Source: a virus
Taxonomy: Duplodnaviria > Caudoviricetes
IMG/VR virus record: IMGVR_UViG_3300030328_003511
Coordinates: 1 to 61,991 of that record
Length of the DNA: 61,991 nt
Strand: one strand, 5' to 3'
This document shows positions 15,367 to 26,606 of this stretch, one piece after another; position 1 is the first letter of the stretch; every line of letters starts with the position of its first letter. A model generated the notes under the pieces. It had not been told where the DNA came from, made no database searches, and saw only the letters and a program-made list of their open reading frames with translations. A program made the position numbers and the translations under genes.

Positions 15367-16999
15367 TTTTCTCCTGTATATAAACTAAATAATCTTGTCC
15401 AATAGGATAGTTAAACTTATAGTCACTTCTTAATAAATGTAAAGTTTTTCTTGCTCTAGTTACCCCAGTGTACCAAACCTTACGTTCATCACTTTTTTCC
15501 TGTTTATTTTTTTTAGAGTAATCAGATGGATAGTTACCTTTACTATAAAGAACCACATGGTTTGCTTCTCCACCTTTAACAGAATGTATTGTATCAATGG
15601 TTACTAAAGGTTCTTTATCTAATTCTTTTTGTCCATACCTCCTAAGTAATCTTATAAAGTGTCTTACTTGTTTAGGTTTAAAATTTCTTCTTAATATCCA
15701 AAACCAAGGTTTTTGTTTTTGATTATTTTCTAATGTTAATCCACACCATTCTTTTAAATCTTTAAAATTATATTCTTTAAAATCGGGTTCACTTCTCCAA
15801 AACTTATCTGCTCTATATCCGGGATCTTCTAATTCTCTAATATACTTATACATATTCTTTGCTGCTTTCTTATCTAGCTTTTTACCTTTAGTTATTGCCG
15901 TCCATGCTTTAATTGCTTCCCATTGTTTTTGATCAAAACATTTAGTACCTTTATTATCCTTGTAATAAAGGCCAGCATCTTTAGCTAACATTCTTAATTC
16001 ATTAACAGTTTCATTAATGCGTCCTAGGATGTACCAATCTTCTTTAAATGTTTCAAAAGGTATTTCTTTAAAAGATAAATAAGCTTTAACATAACCTTTA
16101 GTACCTCCCGGTAAATATTCTTTTTCTTCACTATCACTAATACCTCTTCTAATTACTTGAGAGAAACGATGTATAGCTTCTCCAAATCTTTGAGTCTTTC
16201 TTAATTTTACTTTACGTCCTGGAAAAAAAGTTGTGAAGTATTTTGGATCTGCTCCATTCCATTTATATATTGCTTGATCGTCATCCCCGGCTAGATATAT
16301 TCTTTTAACTTTAGAAGCCATCTTATATATAACCGACCATTGAAGAGGAGTGCAATCTTGAGCTTCATCTAATATTAAAACTTTAAGTGAAGGAAAGTCT
16401 ATTTCTGTTATAGCTCTTTCAATCATATCATCAAAATCTATAAATGATCTTTCTCCCCCTCCACTTTTATAATGTTCATATGTACTAATCTTTCTAAGAA
16501 ATACAGTTAGAGAATCTCTTTTATAGCTTTCTCTTTTGTAAGCATCTGCTGGAGGAATTAATAAATTTCTTGCTTTACTATATACACCAAGCGACCAGTC
16601 CTTATACATAAAGTTATCATCAGCTAATCTCTTGTCACTTGTTTTAATTACTTTTGTTTTTAACGCAAAATCTATTGTACAATCTTTAGGATCAAATACT
16701 TCTTCTGGAAAGTATCTTCGACAATAAGTGTGTAGAGTTTTAAATCTTGAAAAGTCATCGGTAGTGTAATTGGGAAAAGATTCCATAGCTCTTCTAACTG
16801 CAGTATTAACTGCTTTGTTAGTAAAAGATAGATAAGCTATATCTTGAGGCTTTATACCTTTTCTTAAATAACTTTTTAAAACTTTTTCAATTAAAGTATA
16901 AGTTTTCCCAGTTCCAGGAGGCCCAAATATTTTTACTGTTTTATGGTATAGCTCCTTTAATATCTTAAGTTCTGAACTTTCCTGTGTGGAATTCTTCAT
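15356..16999 (-). CDS. UvrD/Rep-like superfamily 1 helicase
   Basis: GPPGTGKT, DEAQD, GDDDQAIY, TIHSVKGGE and YTGVTRA motifs. Confidence 0.92.
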   Translation of the reverse strand: MKNSTQESSELKILKELYHKTVKIFGPPGTGKTYTLIEKVLKSYLRKGIKPQDIAYLSFTNKAVNTAVRRAMESFPNYTTDDFSRFKTLHTYCRRYFPEEVFDPKDCTIDFALKTKVIKTSDKRLADDNFMYKDWSLGVYSKARNLLIPPADAYKRESYKRDSLTVFLRKISTYEHYKSGGGERSFIDFDDMIERAITEIDFPSLKVLILDEAQDCTPLQWSVIYKMASKVKRIYLAGDDDQAIYKWNGADPKYFTTFFPGRKVKLRKTQRFGEAIHRFSQVIRRGISDSEEKEYLPGGTKGYVKAYLSFKEIPFETFKEDWYILGRINETVNELRMLAKDAGLYYKDNKGTKCFDQKQWEAIKAWTAITKGKKLDKKAAKNMYKYIRELEDPGYRADKFWRSEPDFKEYNFKDLKEWCGLTLENNQKQKPWFWILRRNFKPKQVRHFIRLLRRYGQKELDKEPLVTIDTIHSVKGGEANHVVLYSKGNYPSDYSKKNKQEKSDERKVWYTGVTRARKTLHLLRSDYKFNYPIGQDYLVYIQEKNDK

Positions 17000-18521
17000 C
17001 CATCTCCGATACTGTTTTCTTTTTGTCTTTTATTTTTATAACTTTTTTATAATCTACAAACTTAGGCATTTCAACAGACCAAACATTTTTAACTCCTTCG
17101 TGATAATCTATTCTTTCACAACCTAATAAGTGCATTGCTTCAGCAGCGCTTTTAAATGTTTTGTCATTACCTAAAAATTTTTCAAATGTAATTTTTTTAA
17201 AATAACAAACATTTGTTTTAGAATCTAACACTACATAGTTATCTTGCAGCTTTTCAAAATCATCCTCTTCAATATGACTCTCAAAGAATTTTTTAAGGAA
17301 GTTATATTTCTCTTCCCCTAAAGTATCTTCAAATTTCATTTTCTCATTCTCAACTGCTTTCTTAACCATTGTAGACATAAGCATTTCAAATGGAGAAGCT
17401 CCAGACCTTGGTCGTGGTAAAGTTATCCAATATATTCCATATCTTAAAAGTTTAACTCTAAATGATTTTTCATCTTTCATATCTTCTGGGCCAATAACAA
17501 TTTTTTCTCCTTGAAACGAAAATGAATATTCAATTGATTTTGTACTTCTAATAAATTCAATATCTTCAAAGTCATCAATTAAATCTGGAACTTGAGATCC
17601 TATTCCTAACTTTCTAAACTTACATAAATCTTTATTACATATAGGTGTAATAGCTCCTAGCTTAGGTGGACATTTATAATTATAATCTTTTTTAATTACA
17701 GATTTAGCTACAGAGTTTTCTACTTCTCTAGGATCCATTGGTGTAACAAAAATTTCTTGATTTCTTTTTTGAAGGATTGTTCTCATTTCTTCAATATTAA
17801 TTTTGCCATCAGACTTTTTCATTTCAAGAACACCAACATTATAAAGTAAATCATTTCTATGATTGCCCGACCATTTATCCATAATCATTTTTTGAACACA
17901 TGGAGGATAATGTTTCCAATCTTCTTCGGGCTCATATTCTTTTACTTTAATATTTTGTAATTGTTCTAAAGATAAAGTTTTACTTTTAATCATTTCTATA
18001 AAAGAACCAATCATTACTGGAGTGTTGGTTTCATTATAAGCAAACTCAGTTGTAGCATTCATATTAAAGTAAGGCATGTTCATACACTTATTCATAGGAA
18101 ACACTTCTAATGCTTGAAAGAAATTTTTATTCCATTCATTTAATTTTTTTAATACTTCTTTTACAGGATACCAATTATCTAAAAATAAAAATAAATGTAA
18201 TCCACCGGATTTTGATCTAACTGGAACTAATGGTAATCGATTATCTCTAAGTATGTTTATTACTTTCTTTTGTGAATAGTCTTTGTAGCTTTGTGGATCT
18301 ATATCTATACAACCCCACTTACATACATCACCCTTCTCGGGTTTGATGCCGATACGTTTCTTACCTTCTAAATGTTCCTTCCATATTTCAAGAGTAACTG
18401 GTTCGTGAACCGTGATTGTTTGGCCAACCGTCTTTCCCCGTTCATCTACCTCTCCGGTGAGAGAGGTAGTAATGAACAGTTCAGAATTACCCTCAAAAAT
18501 TTTTAAGAGCTCCTGTTCCAT
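16965..18521 (-). CDS. Archaeo-eukaryotic primase (AEP/PrimPol-like) with C-terminal domains
   Basis: CIDID motif I, SKSGGLH motif II, PPC and Cys-containing C-terminal region. Confidence 0.8.
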   Translation of the reverse strand: MEQELLKIFEGNSELFITTSLTGEVDERGKTVGQTITVHEPVTLEIWKEHLEGKKRIGIKPEKGDVCKWGCIDIDPQSYKDYSQKKVINILRDNRLPLVPVRSKSGGLHLFLFLDNWYPVKEVLKKLNEWNKNFFQALEVFPMNKCMNMPYFNMNATTEFAYNETNTPVMIGSFIEMIKSKTLSLEQLQNIKVKEYEPEEDWKHYPPCVQKMIMDKWSGNHRNDLLYNVGVLEMKKSDGKINIEEMRTILQKRNQEIFVTPMDPREVENSVAKSVIKKDYNYKCPPKLGAITPICNKDLCKFRKLGIGSQVPDLIDDFEDIEFIRSTKSIEYSFSFQGEKIVIGPEDMKDEKSFRVKLLRYGIYWITLPRPRSGASPFEMLMSTMVKKAVENEKMKFEDTLGEEKYNFLKKFFESHIEEDDFEKLQDNYVVLDSKTNVCYFKKITFEKFLGNDKTFKSAAEAMHLLGCERIDYHEGVKNVWSVEMPKFVDYKKVIKIKDKKKTVSEMDEEFHTGKFRT

Positions 18522-18524
18522 AAT

Positions 18525-19334
18525 TTAAAACGGAACAGATTCTTTATTATTATTTCCTTGAGCTTGATTCTCTGCAGTAAAGTCAACTTTACCAAAGATA
18601 TCACTCTTCATGGCACTCTTATAAAAGCCTTGAGTAGTTTCTAAACATTTAAGATGTTCGTTAGTGTTTAAAAATTTATCAAACTCTACTACCCAACCAT
18701 ACCAAGAATTTTGTGAATTAGATTCTTTGGTAGTAGTTAGTCTATATGCAGAAGACCAAGATGGTGGATTAAACATTCCATTTTTACCTTGGACTCTTCT
18801 AGACATAATCATAGAGTTCCATGTTTTAGACTTTTTCTTTTGAGTGGATTTCATAGCAATCAATGCTTGTTCAATTGGATTATACTCTTCATCCAAAATG
18901 AAAACAAAATGATTTCCAGTATCTTCAACATAGTTACCATTCTTTAGTCTATCTTTATTGTCTGCACCTCTAGTAGTTTCAGACATGATAGCTGGATCAG
19001 TATGAATACCTACTGGTCTTCCCGGACTGTCCCCTTTGTCTTTCCACTCATTAAAAGTGTTTATATAAAGACAAGGTACTACTATTAGTCCTTGTTTACC
19101 TTTCCAAACTTTACCAGATGTTTCACTCCATATGTCTCCTTGCTTTGCAGTCTCAACATACTTACCATCAGTCTCATCCAATACTGGAGAGTTAGCGTAA
19201 AGTATTTTTAGGATTGGTAGTTTTTGATCTCGAGCTGTTACAAACTCTTGACCTTGACCCGCCATCTGCTCTAAATTAATTGCAGTAGGAAGGTTGTCTT
19301 TTTTGGTTGTCATTGCTTTTTTTTCTATTTGCAT
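18525..19334 (-). CDS. Putative ssDNA-binding or recombination protein
   Basis: Lies in the replication module; C-terminal PF tail. Confidence 0.55.
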   Translation of the reverse strand: MQIEKKAMTTKKDNLPTAINLEQMAGQGQEFVTARDQKLPILKILYANSPVLDETDGKYVETAKQGDIWSETSGKVWKGKQGLIVVPCLYINTFNEWKDKGDSPGRPVGIHTDPAIMSETTRGADNKDRLKNGNYVEDTGNHFVFILDEEYNPIEQALIAMKSTQKKKSKTWNSMIMSRRVQGKNGMFNPPSWSSAYRLTTTKESNSQNSWYGWVVEFDKFLNTNEHLKCLETTQGFYKSAMKSDIFGKVDFTAENQAQGNNNKESVPF

Positions 19335-19336
19335 GA

Positions 19337-19882
19337 TTATTCCTTCGTGGTTATTTTAGTTTTACTTGCAACATAAGTTCCAAACAGTTCAACAGGTACA
19401 TCTTTTCCAAGATCTTGAATTTGTTCTCTAACAAATCCTCTAAGACTACTTGGATGCACAGATGTTTTTTGTTGTACTGCAAGTCCCTTCTGCTTCAGCT
19501 CTTCTACAAGTGCTTTAGCTTCATTGTCTTGCTTCATTCCAAATTCCATAGATACTTGGTTTTTAATCAAATCTCCATGGCCATTTTCCCTAAGCCAGTC
19601 AAAAGCTTCTTCACTTTTAGAGGCCGGTATTCTAGCTGAATAGAATGGCTTAACTTCGACAGACGAACCGTCTGCTAATTTAAGCATCGAGATACCAGCT
19701 TGTTGCATTAAGTTTGGAATTGTTTGCTCAGAAAGAGTAGTTTCAACTTCTTTTAACTTTTTTAGTTCTTCTTCAGCCGTTGATATTTTTTTCTGAGTTT
19801 CCAATAACTTATTGCAAGATTTGGCAATGTCTGATGACATGCCAGTATCTACCGTTACGATAGATTCTGCTTCTAAGTCCAT
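19337..19882 (-). CDS. Conserved replication-module protein
   Basis: Coiled coil plus AFDWLRENGHGDLIK and VHPSSL motifs. Confidence 0.7.
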   Translation of the reverse strand: MDLEAESIVTVDTGMSSDIAKSCNKLLETQKKISTAEEELKKLKEVETTLSEQTIPNLMQQAGISMLKLADGSSVEVKPFYSARIPASKSEEAFDWLRENGHGDLIKNQVSMEFGMKQDNEAKALVEELKQKGLAVQQKTSVHPSSLRGFVREQIQDLGKDVPVELFGTYVASKTKITTKE

Positions 19883-19955
19883 AAGAACCTCCTTGTGTCA
19901 GAATCAATATATTATTTATTTGATATTTGCAAACAAATAATTTAAATAATTCTTC

Positions 19956-21362
19956 GTGTATAATTATAAAACAAAACCGTTTAAACATCAAAGACAATCA
20001 CTAATTGAAGGGGCTAAACCTTACAATTTTGCCTATTTTATGGAAATGGGAACTGGTAAAACTAAGGTGGCTATTGATAATGCTGCTTATTTATTCCAAG
20101 CTAAAAGAATTGATTTTGCATTTGTTGTTGCTCCTAATTCAGTTTATCAAAATTGGAAAAAAGAAATTGACTTTCATTGTCCAGAAAAAACTAACATTTA
20201 TATTTGGAAGGTTACTAAAGATAAGGAATTTAAATATGAGCCCGACAAACTAACCTTTATTTTAATGAATGTTGAAGCTTTATCTCATGCATCTGGTAAA
20301 AAATGGCTTGAGAAGAAACTATCAGTGCACGGTATGAGAAGTCTATTTATATTAGACGAAAGTACATCTATTAAAAATTTAAGAGCTTCTAGAACTAAAG
20401 CTTTAATTAAATTAGGTCAATTAGCTAGATATAGAAGAATATTAACTGGATCCCCTATAACTAAATCACCTTTAGATTTATTTTCTCAATGTGCTTTTTT
20501 AGATAAAAAATTATTAGGGTATGATAGTTTTACAGTTTTTAAATCTAGGTATGCAGTTATGTATAGTATTGAAAGAGGTGGATATAATATACAAATTCCT
20601 AAATACTATATTAATTTAGAAGAGCTTGAATATAAACTAAAAAATTTTTCCTATAGGGTTCGCAAAAAAGATTGTTTGGATTTGCCTCCCAAGATGCATA
20701 TAAAAAGAGAGATAGAATTACCTTTGGAACAAAGAGAGGCTTATGAAAAGTTAAAAGCTTCTGCATTAATTATACTTAAAAACGATGAAGTATCTTACAA
20801 TAATAAACTAACTGAATTATTAAAACTCCAACAAGTAGCAAATGGGTTTGTTAAAACAAACGATGGAAAAATTATTGATTTTAAAACAAATGCAAAACTA
20901 AAAGAATTAATGAGTATATTGGAGGAGAGTGAAGACAAGTGTATTATATGGGCTAACTATGTACATAATATAGAAACTATTAAAAAGAAATTAGAGGAGA
21001 CTTATGGAACAGATTCGGTGGTTTCGATTTACGGAAAAGATTCTGTTGAAGTACGTAACCGGGCTGTTGAAAGTTTTCAATCTGATGATAGATGTCGTTT
21101 CCTCATTGGGAATCCTACTGTTGGTGGTTATGGTCTCACCCTTACTGCTGCTAAGTATGTTATATATTTTAGTAATTCTTATAACTTGGAAGTCCGTCAA
21201 CAAAGCGAAGATCGTGCTCATAGATATGGTCAAACTTCTCAAGTCACATACATAGATTTAATTGCAAGGGATACTATTGATGAAATGGTATTATATAATT
21301 TAGAAAATAAACTTAAGCTTTCTGCTCAGACTCTTGGGGAACAGGTTCAGAAGTGGTTTTAG
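19956..21362 (+). CDS. SNF2-like superfamily 2 helicase (GTG start)
   Basis: MEMGTGKT, DES, LTGSP and QSEDRAHRYGQ motifs. Confidence 0.92.
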   Translation: MYNYKTKPFKHQRQSLIEGAKPYNFAYFMEMGTGKTKVAIDNAAYLFQAKRIDFAFVVAPNSVYQNWKKEIDFHCPEKTNIYIWKVTKDKEFKYEPDKLTFILMNVEALSHASGKKWLEKKLSVHGMRSLFILDESTSIKNLRASRTKALIKLGQLARYRRILTGSPITKSPLDLFSQCAFLDKKLLGYDSFTVFKSRYAVMYSIERGGYNIQIPKYYINLEELEYKLKNFSYRVRKKDCLDLPPKMHIKREIELPLEQREAYEKLKASALIILKNDEVSYNNKLTELLKLQQVANGFVKTNDGKIIDFKTNAKLKELMSILEESEDKCIIWANYVHNIETIKKKLEETYGTDSVVSIYGKDSVEVRNRAVESFQSDDRCRFLIGNPTVGGYGLTLTAAKYVIYFSNSYNLEVRQQSEDRAHRYGQTSQVTYIDLIARDTIDEMVLYNLENKLKLSAQTLGEQVQKWF

Positions 21363-22065
21363 TATTGTGAAACTTTTCTACTCTTTCTAACCATTTGTCT
21401 TCATACTCTTTTAATTTTTCCTCATTCATTTTAAATTCTTGATATAAAATATCTTTAGTACAAATACATATAAGACCTTGAGTAATTGGACCGTATTGTT
21501 TTTTATGAGCTAACGAATAAGCTGCTATTTGATAATAATAATCTTCAACGTATTCTTCTCTCTTTGGTTTATTACTTTGTTTAAAATCTATAATAGTTGG
21601 TTGCTGATCATAAAGTCCTACAACATCAGTAGCCCCAGCCCATCTATCTTCATAAGCAAGACTTACTTCATTACCCCAAACAGTTTTTAACTTTTCTAAA
21701 TTGTTTACTATTTCATGAGCCATTAATCTTGCTTGAGCTCCATCTTGAGAAAGATTTAAATATCCTCGACCATCAATATAATTTTCAAGAACATAATGCA
21801 TTTCTGTTCCTCGAGTAGATGCTTGTTTAGTTATTCTAGCTGCTTCTGCATAGCCTACTCTTTCTCTCCATTTATCTAGTCCTTGTCTTTTTTCTAGAGA
21901 TTGAGTGGCAGATAGTATCGTAGTAACACTTGGTATTTTTTTATCACCTACATTATAGGTTCGTGAGCCATTCTCTTCTTGGCGGCTATATTTTTTATAT
22001 TTATATTTATTTTCTTTTTTAAGATCAGTAATTATAAATTTATTATTTTCTTTAAGTAGAAGCAC
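21313..22065 (-). CDS. PD-(D/E)XK exonuclease
   Basis: PSVTTIL, RGTEMH, E...AGATD...IDFK and QIAAY motifs. Confidence 0.88.
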   Translation of the reverse strand: MLLLKENNKFIITDLKKENKYKYKKYSRQEENGSRTYNVGDKKIPSVTTILSATQSLEKRQGLDKWRERVGYAEAARITKQASTRGTEMHYVLENYIDGRGYLNLSQDGAQARLMAHEIVNNLEKLKTVWGNEVSLAYEDRWAGATDVVGLYDQQPTIIDFKQSNKPKREEYVEDYYYQIAAYSLAHKKQYGPITQGLICICTKDILYQEFKMNEEKLKEYEDKWLERVEKFHNTKTTSEPVPQESEQKA

Positions 22066-22073
22066 ATGGCTTT

Positions 22074-22289
22074 TTAGAATACTTTGAATAAAAGAGCAAC
22101 AATTAATCCTAGCATAGATGTTGTTAAAAATGCAGAAGAAGATATCATTATTTTTTCTATACGATGAATATCTGTGTGTAATTCATTTATTTTACGATTT
22201 GTTTCGCTTTGCATTATTTGGCAAAGCTTTTCGTGATCATCAATTCTTTGATGAGCAAGTAGGTCTTTACTAGAAATTTTTCTTGGCAC
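22074..22289 (-). CDS. Small protein with C-terminal transmembrane segment
   Basis: RIDDHEKLC...coiled coil...hydrophobic tail. Confidence 0.6.
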   Translation of the reverse strand: MPRKISSKDLLAHQRIDDHEKLCQIMQSETNRKINELHTDIHRIEKIMISSSAFLTTSMLGLIVALLFKVF

Positions 22290-24900
22290 TAACTATTCCT
22301 CCCTTATTAAAAAGGTTAAGGGCTTGCGCCAATTGATAATTAGGTTGCTGACCTCCGCCACCACCGCCTCCACCTAAAGGAAGATTAGAAGGAGTCACTT
22401 TTGGTAAAGGTATACTTCCCGAATCTTGAGTCTGAGAAGATAAAGTTTGTGTTGCTTTATTTAACTCATATGGAATAGATGGTTCAGTAGAAGGATTATA
22501 TGTGTCTTCACCTGTCATAAAAGTATTGTCGGGTAGTTCACCTTTAAAAATTTTTTCTAAATTTTCTTGATTTGTCTTTATATTAGCTTGAACCATAGAA
22601 TTATTTTCTTCAGAGATTACACCTTCGGCAACTAATGCAGAACCAAATTGTCCCATAAATCTTGAGAATTGATTAAAGTCTCTAGCTTTAGCACCTTTAG
22701 TTCCATCAATTAAAAATTTCATTAATCTTGGATTTGTAAATATTCTTGATAAAGCCCAAGGCGCAGCAACAAAAGCCATTGCAGAACCTGGATCTATTGC
22801 ACCACCACTTGCTAAAGCTACTGTACCCAATTGAGTTAATGCACCCATTTCTTTTAATTGAATAAAGATTGTACCTCTACCGGCTTTTGCCCCGGGAGCC
22901 GTGATTGCTCCATCTGCAAATTTTAATGCATTAGTAAATTCTTTTAAGTGATCTGTTTGTTTGGCAGTAAGTAAGCCCCCCTTCTCTATAAATTCTTTAA
23001 AATCTCTTTCTACAAAATCTCTAGCTTTGTTAGCTCTTAAATATAAATACTGATCTTTCATATCTGTAGAATCAGCTATAAATTTTTTTATAAAGTTTCC
23101 TCTTATTCCATCTTTAATTTTATTCGCTTCATCAACTGGTAATAATCTCTTACCGGCTCCTTCTAGACCATCAACTATTCCAGTATCAGTCATATCTAAT
23201 TTATTTAAGAAATCTTGCGCAACGTCATTTTTACCCTTAACTAATATTTGATCTAAAACTTTTTTCTGGCCGATATCGGTATTAGCTATTCTATTAAATA
23301 TACCAGCATTAAACATTGGATGGCCCATTTTAGTTAGATTACTTAACTTATTATATTCTGCTCTTATCCCTACAGGTAAATTCATTTTATCTAATTCTGC
23401 TTTTAAAAGTTTTTGAATAGCTCTTCCTGTTTCTTGATAAGAAGGAGATTTTCCTCCTACACTTAAATTACGACTTAAATCTCTATACGTTTCTAACACT
23501 CTACCAAATGTAACCTGGTTATCCATTGCATCTAATTGATTAATTAAATTCAGTGAATCTTCAGTTCCTTCTTTTATAGCTTTATTAGCAATTTTGTTAC
23601 GTTCTTTAGCTAGTAATGCTTTTAAACTAATTGCATCTTCTGCTTTTCTAGTTGTTGAATTCCATACATAATTTTTTCTTACACCCTCCCATGATAAATC
23701 TATTCCATAACCAGGCTTAGGAATAATTTTTCCATTAACTACTTGCTCAGTAGCTTCAGCTAACATAGGATATAAATTTTTATATCCTGTATCCAAAGCT
23801 CTATCATATCCAAGTCTGCTGTTTTTAACTGCCGTTTGAATTAAAACATTTAAACTGTTTGGGTCCAATACACCTTTATCAACTCCTTTTATAACTTGTT
23901 CTGTAAACTCATCCATAGAACCTAGTAAGCCTAATCGAGCTCCTTCTTTAGCAGTTAACATTCTACCTCCTCCAAAGAATGAAGATCCAATAATACTTTC
24001 TAAAGTATCAATTACATTATTTTCTGTAACAAGTGCTGGTGTAAGTGTACCTTCTTCAACTCTTTTAAAAAAATCTGCTCCTCTTTCAGTTGTTAATCTT
24101 TCTACATTTTTAGAAGCAAGTTCTGGGTTTTTTAAAATTTTAAGTTGCTCTTCTGTCATCTGTCCGCCAATTTTATTTTGAGTTTTGGCAATTAAATCAT
24201 CTGTAATTGTTTCTCCTTTAGCAGCTTTTTCCAATAATGAATAATAAGCTTTTTGTCTTAAGACAACTTGTGAAGCAGCTCTTCCACCTTTAATCATTTG
24301 AATTTTTTGTCCGGCAACTTTGTTATAAACTTTACCTAATGCACCAGCCATACCAAAACCAAGCACTTCACCAAATCCCCCTTGGAAAGCACCTCTTGCA
24401 ACTTCTTTAACTATATCTTCTTTTGGATCAAAAGTTTGTGCAATCGCAGCACCCGATCCTCCTCCAGCTGCAGCTCCAACTATACCAGATCCCATTTTAG
24501 CCACTTGTCTTGAAGATACATTTAAAAGAGGTCTTGCTATTCTTGCTATTCTTCCGGCCATAGCAGCGGTACCAATTAATGATGATCCACCTGTAAATGG
24601 AGCGGCAGCAAAACCTGCTATACCACCTACTATAGATAAACCAACTTCAGTAATAATTCTTTTAAATGTTGGGGATGCTAAAAAAGATTCTGTGTCTTTA
24701 TTATACTTACCCTTTTGTGCTTCTGTTAAAACATCTTCTGGAGTAATATAAACTAAACCATCATCAATATCTTTGAGGCCAGTTTGTTCATCAGCTGTAT
24801 TTCTAGCTTGTAAAAAAGTATCAATCCCTACTTGTTCTTGAGGAGTAGGCTCGTTTCCTTTTATTTCGAATGTTTGTCCTGCGACTACTATTTCTCCCAT
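22270..24900 (-). CDS. Large internal virion (ejection) protein
   Basis: Gly/Ala-rich helical protein at the end of the structural module; C-terminal FNKGG. Confidence 0.65.
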   Translation of the reverse strand: MGEIVVAGQTFEIKGNEPTPQEQVGIDTFLQARNTADEQTGLKDIDDGLVYITPEDVLTEAQKGKYNKDTESFLASPTFKRIITEVGLSIVGGIAGFAAAPFTGGSSLIGTAAMAGRIARIARPLLNVSSRQVAKMGSGIVGAAAGGGSGAAIAQTFDPKEDIVKEVARGAFQGGFGEVLGFGMAGALGKVYNKVAGQKIQMIKGGRAASQVVLRQKAYYSLLEKAAKGETITDDLIAKTQNKIGGQMTEEQLKILKNPELASKNVERLTTERGADFFKRVEEGTLTPALVTENNVIDTLESIIGSSFFGGGRMLTAKEGARLGLLGSMDEFTEQVIKGVDKGVLDPNSLNVLIQTAVKNSRLGYDRALDTGYKNLYPMLAEATEQVVNGKIIPKPGYGIDLSWEGVRKNYVWNSTTRKAEDAISLKALLAKERNKIANKAIKEGTEDSLNLINQLDAMDNQVTFGRVLETYRDLSRNLSVGGKSPSYQETGRAIQKLLKAELDKMNLPVGIRAEYNKLSNLTKMGHPMFNAGIFNRIANTDIGQKKVLDQILVKGKNDVAQDFLNKLDMTDTGIVDGLEGAGKRLLPVDEANKIKDGIRGNFIKKFIADSTDMKDQYLYLRANKARDFVERDFKEFIEKGGLLTAKQTDHLKEFTNALKFADGAITAPGAKAGRGTIFIQLKEMGALTQLGTVALASGGAIDPGSAMAFVAAPWALSRIFTNPRLMKFLIDGTKGAKARDFNQFSRFMGQFGSALVAEGVISEENNSMVQANIKTNQENLEKIFKGELPDNTFMTGEDTYNPSTEPSIPYELNKATQTLSSQTQDSGSIPLPKVTPSNLPLGGGGGGGGQQPNYQLAQALNLFNKGGIVSAKKNF

Positions 24901-24903
24901 ACA

Positions 24904-25761
24904 TTACTCCGTTACTAATTTAATTGCACCACTTTTTGTTTTTTCATAACCAATAGGTACTGAAAAATCTACAAATTGACTTACACCGCCAGATTCATTA
25001 AGTATTTCTATTGCTGTTTTTAAATTACCACCCGATTGTTCTGATATGTCTTGAGCGGCACCTAAATATGTTTCAAGGGCTTCAATTTTAGCTTCAAAAA
25101 CAACTTCAGTATCTCCGACTTGAGGTATTAATTCTTTTATTCTTTCTCTTTCTTGGTCTGATACTTGAGCACCAGAAATTGCTTTTGTTAAGAAAATAGT
25201 TGCTTCATCTATTTTAGTTTTAAATCCTGCATATTGTTTTGCATATTGGGTTCCAGCTGCTTTACCCATAAACCCTTTTATTCGATCAAAATCCATAAAT
25301 CCAACTGGTTTTCCTAAATCTTTATAATCCTGTGCAATGCTACCTAAAAGTTTTCTTGTAGATTGAAAACCTCTTCTTTCTTCTAATTCTTTTGATGTAG
25401 GTTTAGATACAACAGTAATTTTACCGGTTGCATCTATTTGAGCAACAGTTCCCTTTGGAAGTTTATATTCTGCGAGTTCTGCTTCTCCCAAAGTTCTTAC
25501 ACCTTTTCCCGCCCCTTTTTGTTTTTCTACAGCTAATATAGTGGAAGGCATTTTACCCATTCCTTCACCTAGAGCACTAAAGACTGGGGAAATACCAGAA
25601 CCTTTAGCTTGTAATAAAGGAGCAGCAAAAGTAGCTGCGTAGATAGCTTTTTCTTTTGGTGATAGCATACTAATTCCACCTGTAGCAAAATGTTTTACTT
25701 TAGGTTTTAAAGATTTAAAATATCTATCTTTGAATAATTTTCTTGTTAATACTGAATCCAT
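24904..25761 (-). CDS. Internal virion (ejection) protein
   Basis: FATGG motif; SGAQVSDQE pattern; position in module. Confidence 0.6.
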   Translation of the reverse strand: MDSVLTRKLFKDRYFKSLKPKVKHFATGGISMLSPKEKAIYAATFAAPLLQAKGSGISPVFSALGEGMGKMPSTILAVEKQKGAGKGVRTLGEAELAEYKLPKGTVAQIDATGKITVVSKPTSKELEERRGFQSTRKLLGSIAQDYKDLGKPVGFMDFDRIKGFMGKAAGTQYAKQYAGFKTKIDEATIFLTKAISGAQVSDQERERIKELIPQVGDTEVVFEAKIEALETYLGAAQDISEQSGGNLKTAIEILNESGGVSQFVDFSVPIGYEKTKSGAIKLVTE

Positions 25762-26606
25762 TACGAAGCCTTTGGTTGCATCATGTTGTATGTAGCATAA
25801 GCTCCAAGTCCCGCACCTAATGCTTGCCCAATTGGATTAGCGCCGGGAGCCGTGGTTGCTGTAAGTGTACTCTGTGTTGTTGGTAAATTTGTCATAATAC
25901 CTTTTAAGAATTCTATTCTTTGATAAGGCTCGTATGCTCTTTGTAATGCAGTTTGTCTTGCCGCATCAAGGCCAGCTTGTCCAACACCTCTTTGTAAAGC
26001 ACCTGCTTGCATTTGTGCTTGGATGTCCGCAAGAGACATAGCTTGTTGTTGAGCACCTATTTGTCCTAAAGCTTGTCCGGCACTTAATTGTTGTTGTCTT
26101 TGATTTTGTGCTGCCGCTAATGCAGTTTGAAAACCTTGAGCTTGAGCTGCACCAATATTTGCCAGTCTTCCTCTTTCAATTTCTGCTTCGGCAATTCCTT
26201 GTCTGCCTCCTCCAAATGCACCGCTTTGAACAGCTTGAGCTCCTAATCTATTTGTTGCCATTTGAGCTTGTCTAGTTATTTCATCAGTTACATATGATTG
26301 ATAAGGATTTAAAAATTGATTTATATTTGGCGCACTTACTCCTGCTGCAATCTGTCCAATACCACCTAAAACTGTAGGAGCACCTACACCTGTTTGTCCT
26401 GCTTGAGTTACAGCTGCTTGTTCAATTCCGGATAAAGGTGCAACTTGAACTGCCGGTAATGATACTGGCGAAGTTGCTAACTTAGCTGCTTGATCATAAA
26501 GTGAAAGTTTTCTAGCTTCAACTCCTGGAGCTTCTCTTTGTGTAACAGTTGATGATCCCGATTGTTGTGGAGCACTTCCGCCGCCACCACCAAAAATAAA
26601 ACTCAT
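25761..26606 (-). CDS. Gln/Ala/Gly-rich internal virion (DNA pilot-like) protein
   Basis: FLNPYQ...GAFGGGRQ pattern. Confidence 0.7.
   Translation of the reverse strand: MSFIFGGGGGSAPQQSGSSTVTQREAPGVEARKLSLYDQAAKLATSPVSLPAVQVAPLSGIEQAAVTQAGQTGVGAPTVLGGIGQIAAGVSAPNINQFLNPYQSYVTDEITRQAQMATNRLGAQAVQSGAFGGGRQGIAEAEIERGRLANIGAAQAQGFQTALAAAQNQRQQQLSAGQALGQIGAQQQAMSLADIQAQMQAGALQRGVGQAGLDAARQTALQRAYEPYQRIEFLKGIMTNLPTTQSTLTATTAPGANPIGQALGAGLGAYATYNMMQPKAS

Noticed and set aside
21313-21362. 50-bp convergent overlap of helicase and exonuclease as a regulatory device
   Set aside because: Short 3' overlaps are common in compact phage genomes, and there is no further signal.
21313-22065. Cas4
   Set aside because: Lacks the four-Cys Fe-S arrangement; an ordinary phage PD-(D/E)XK exonuclease.
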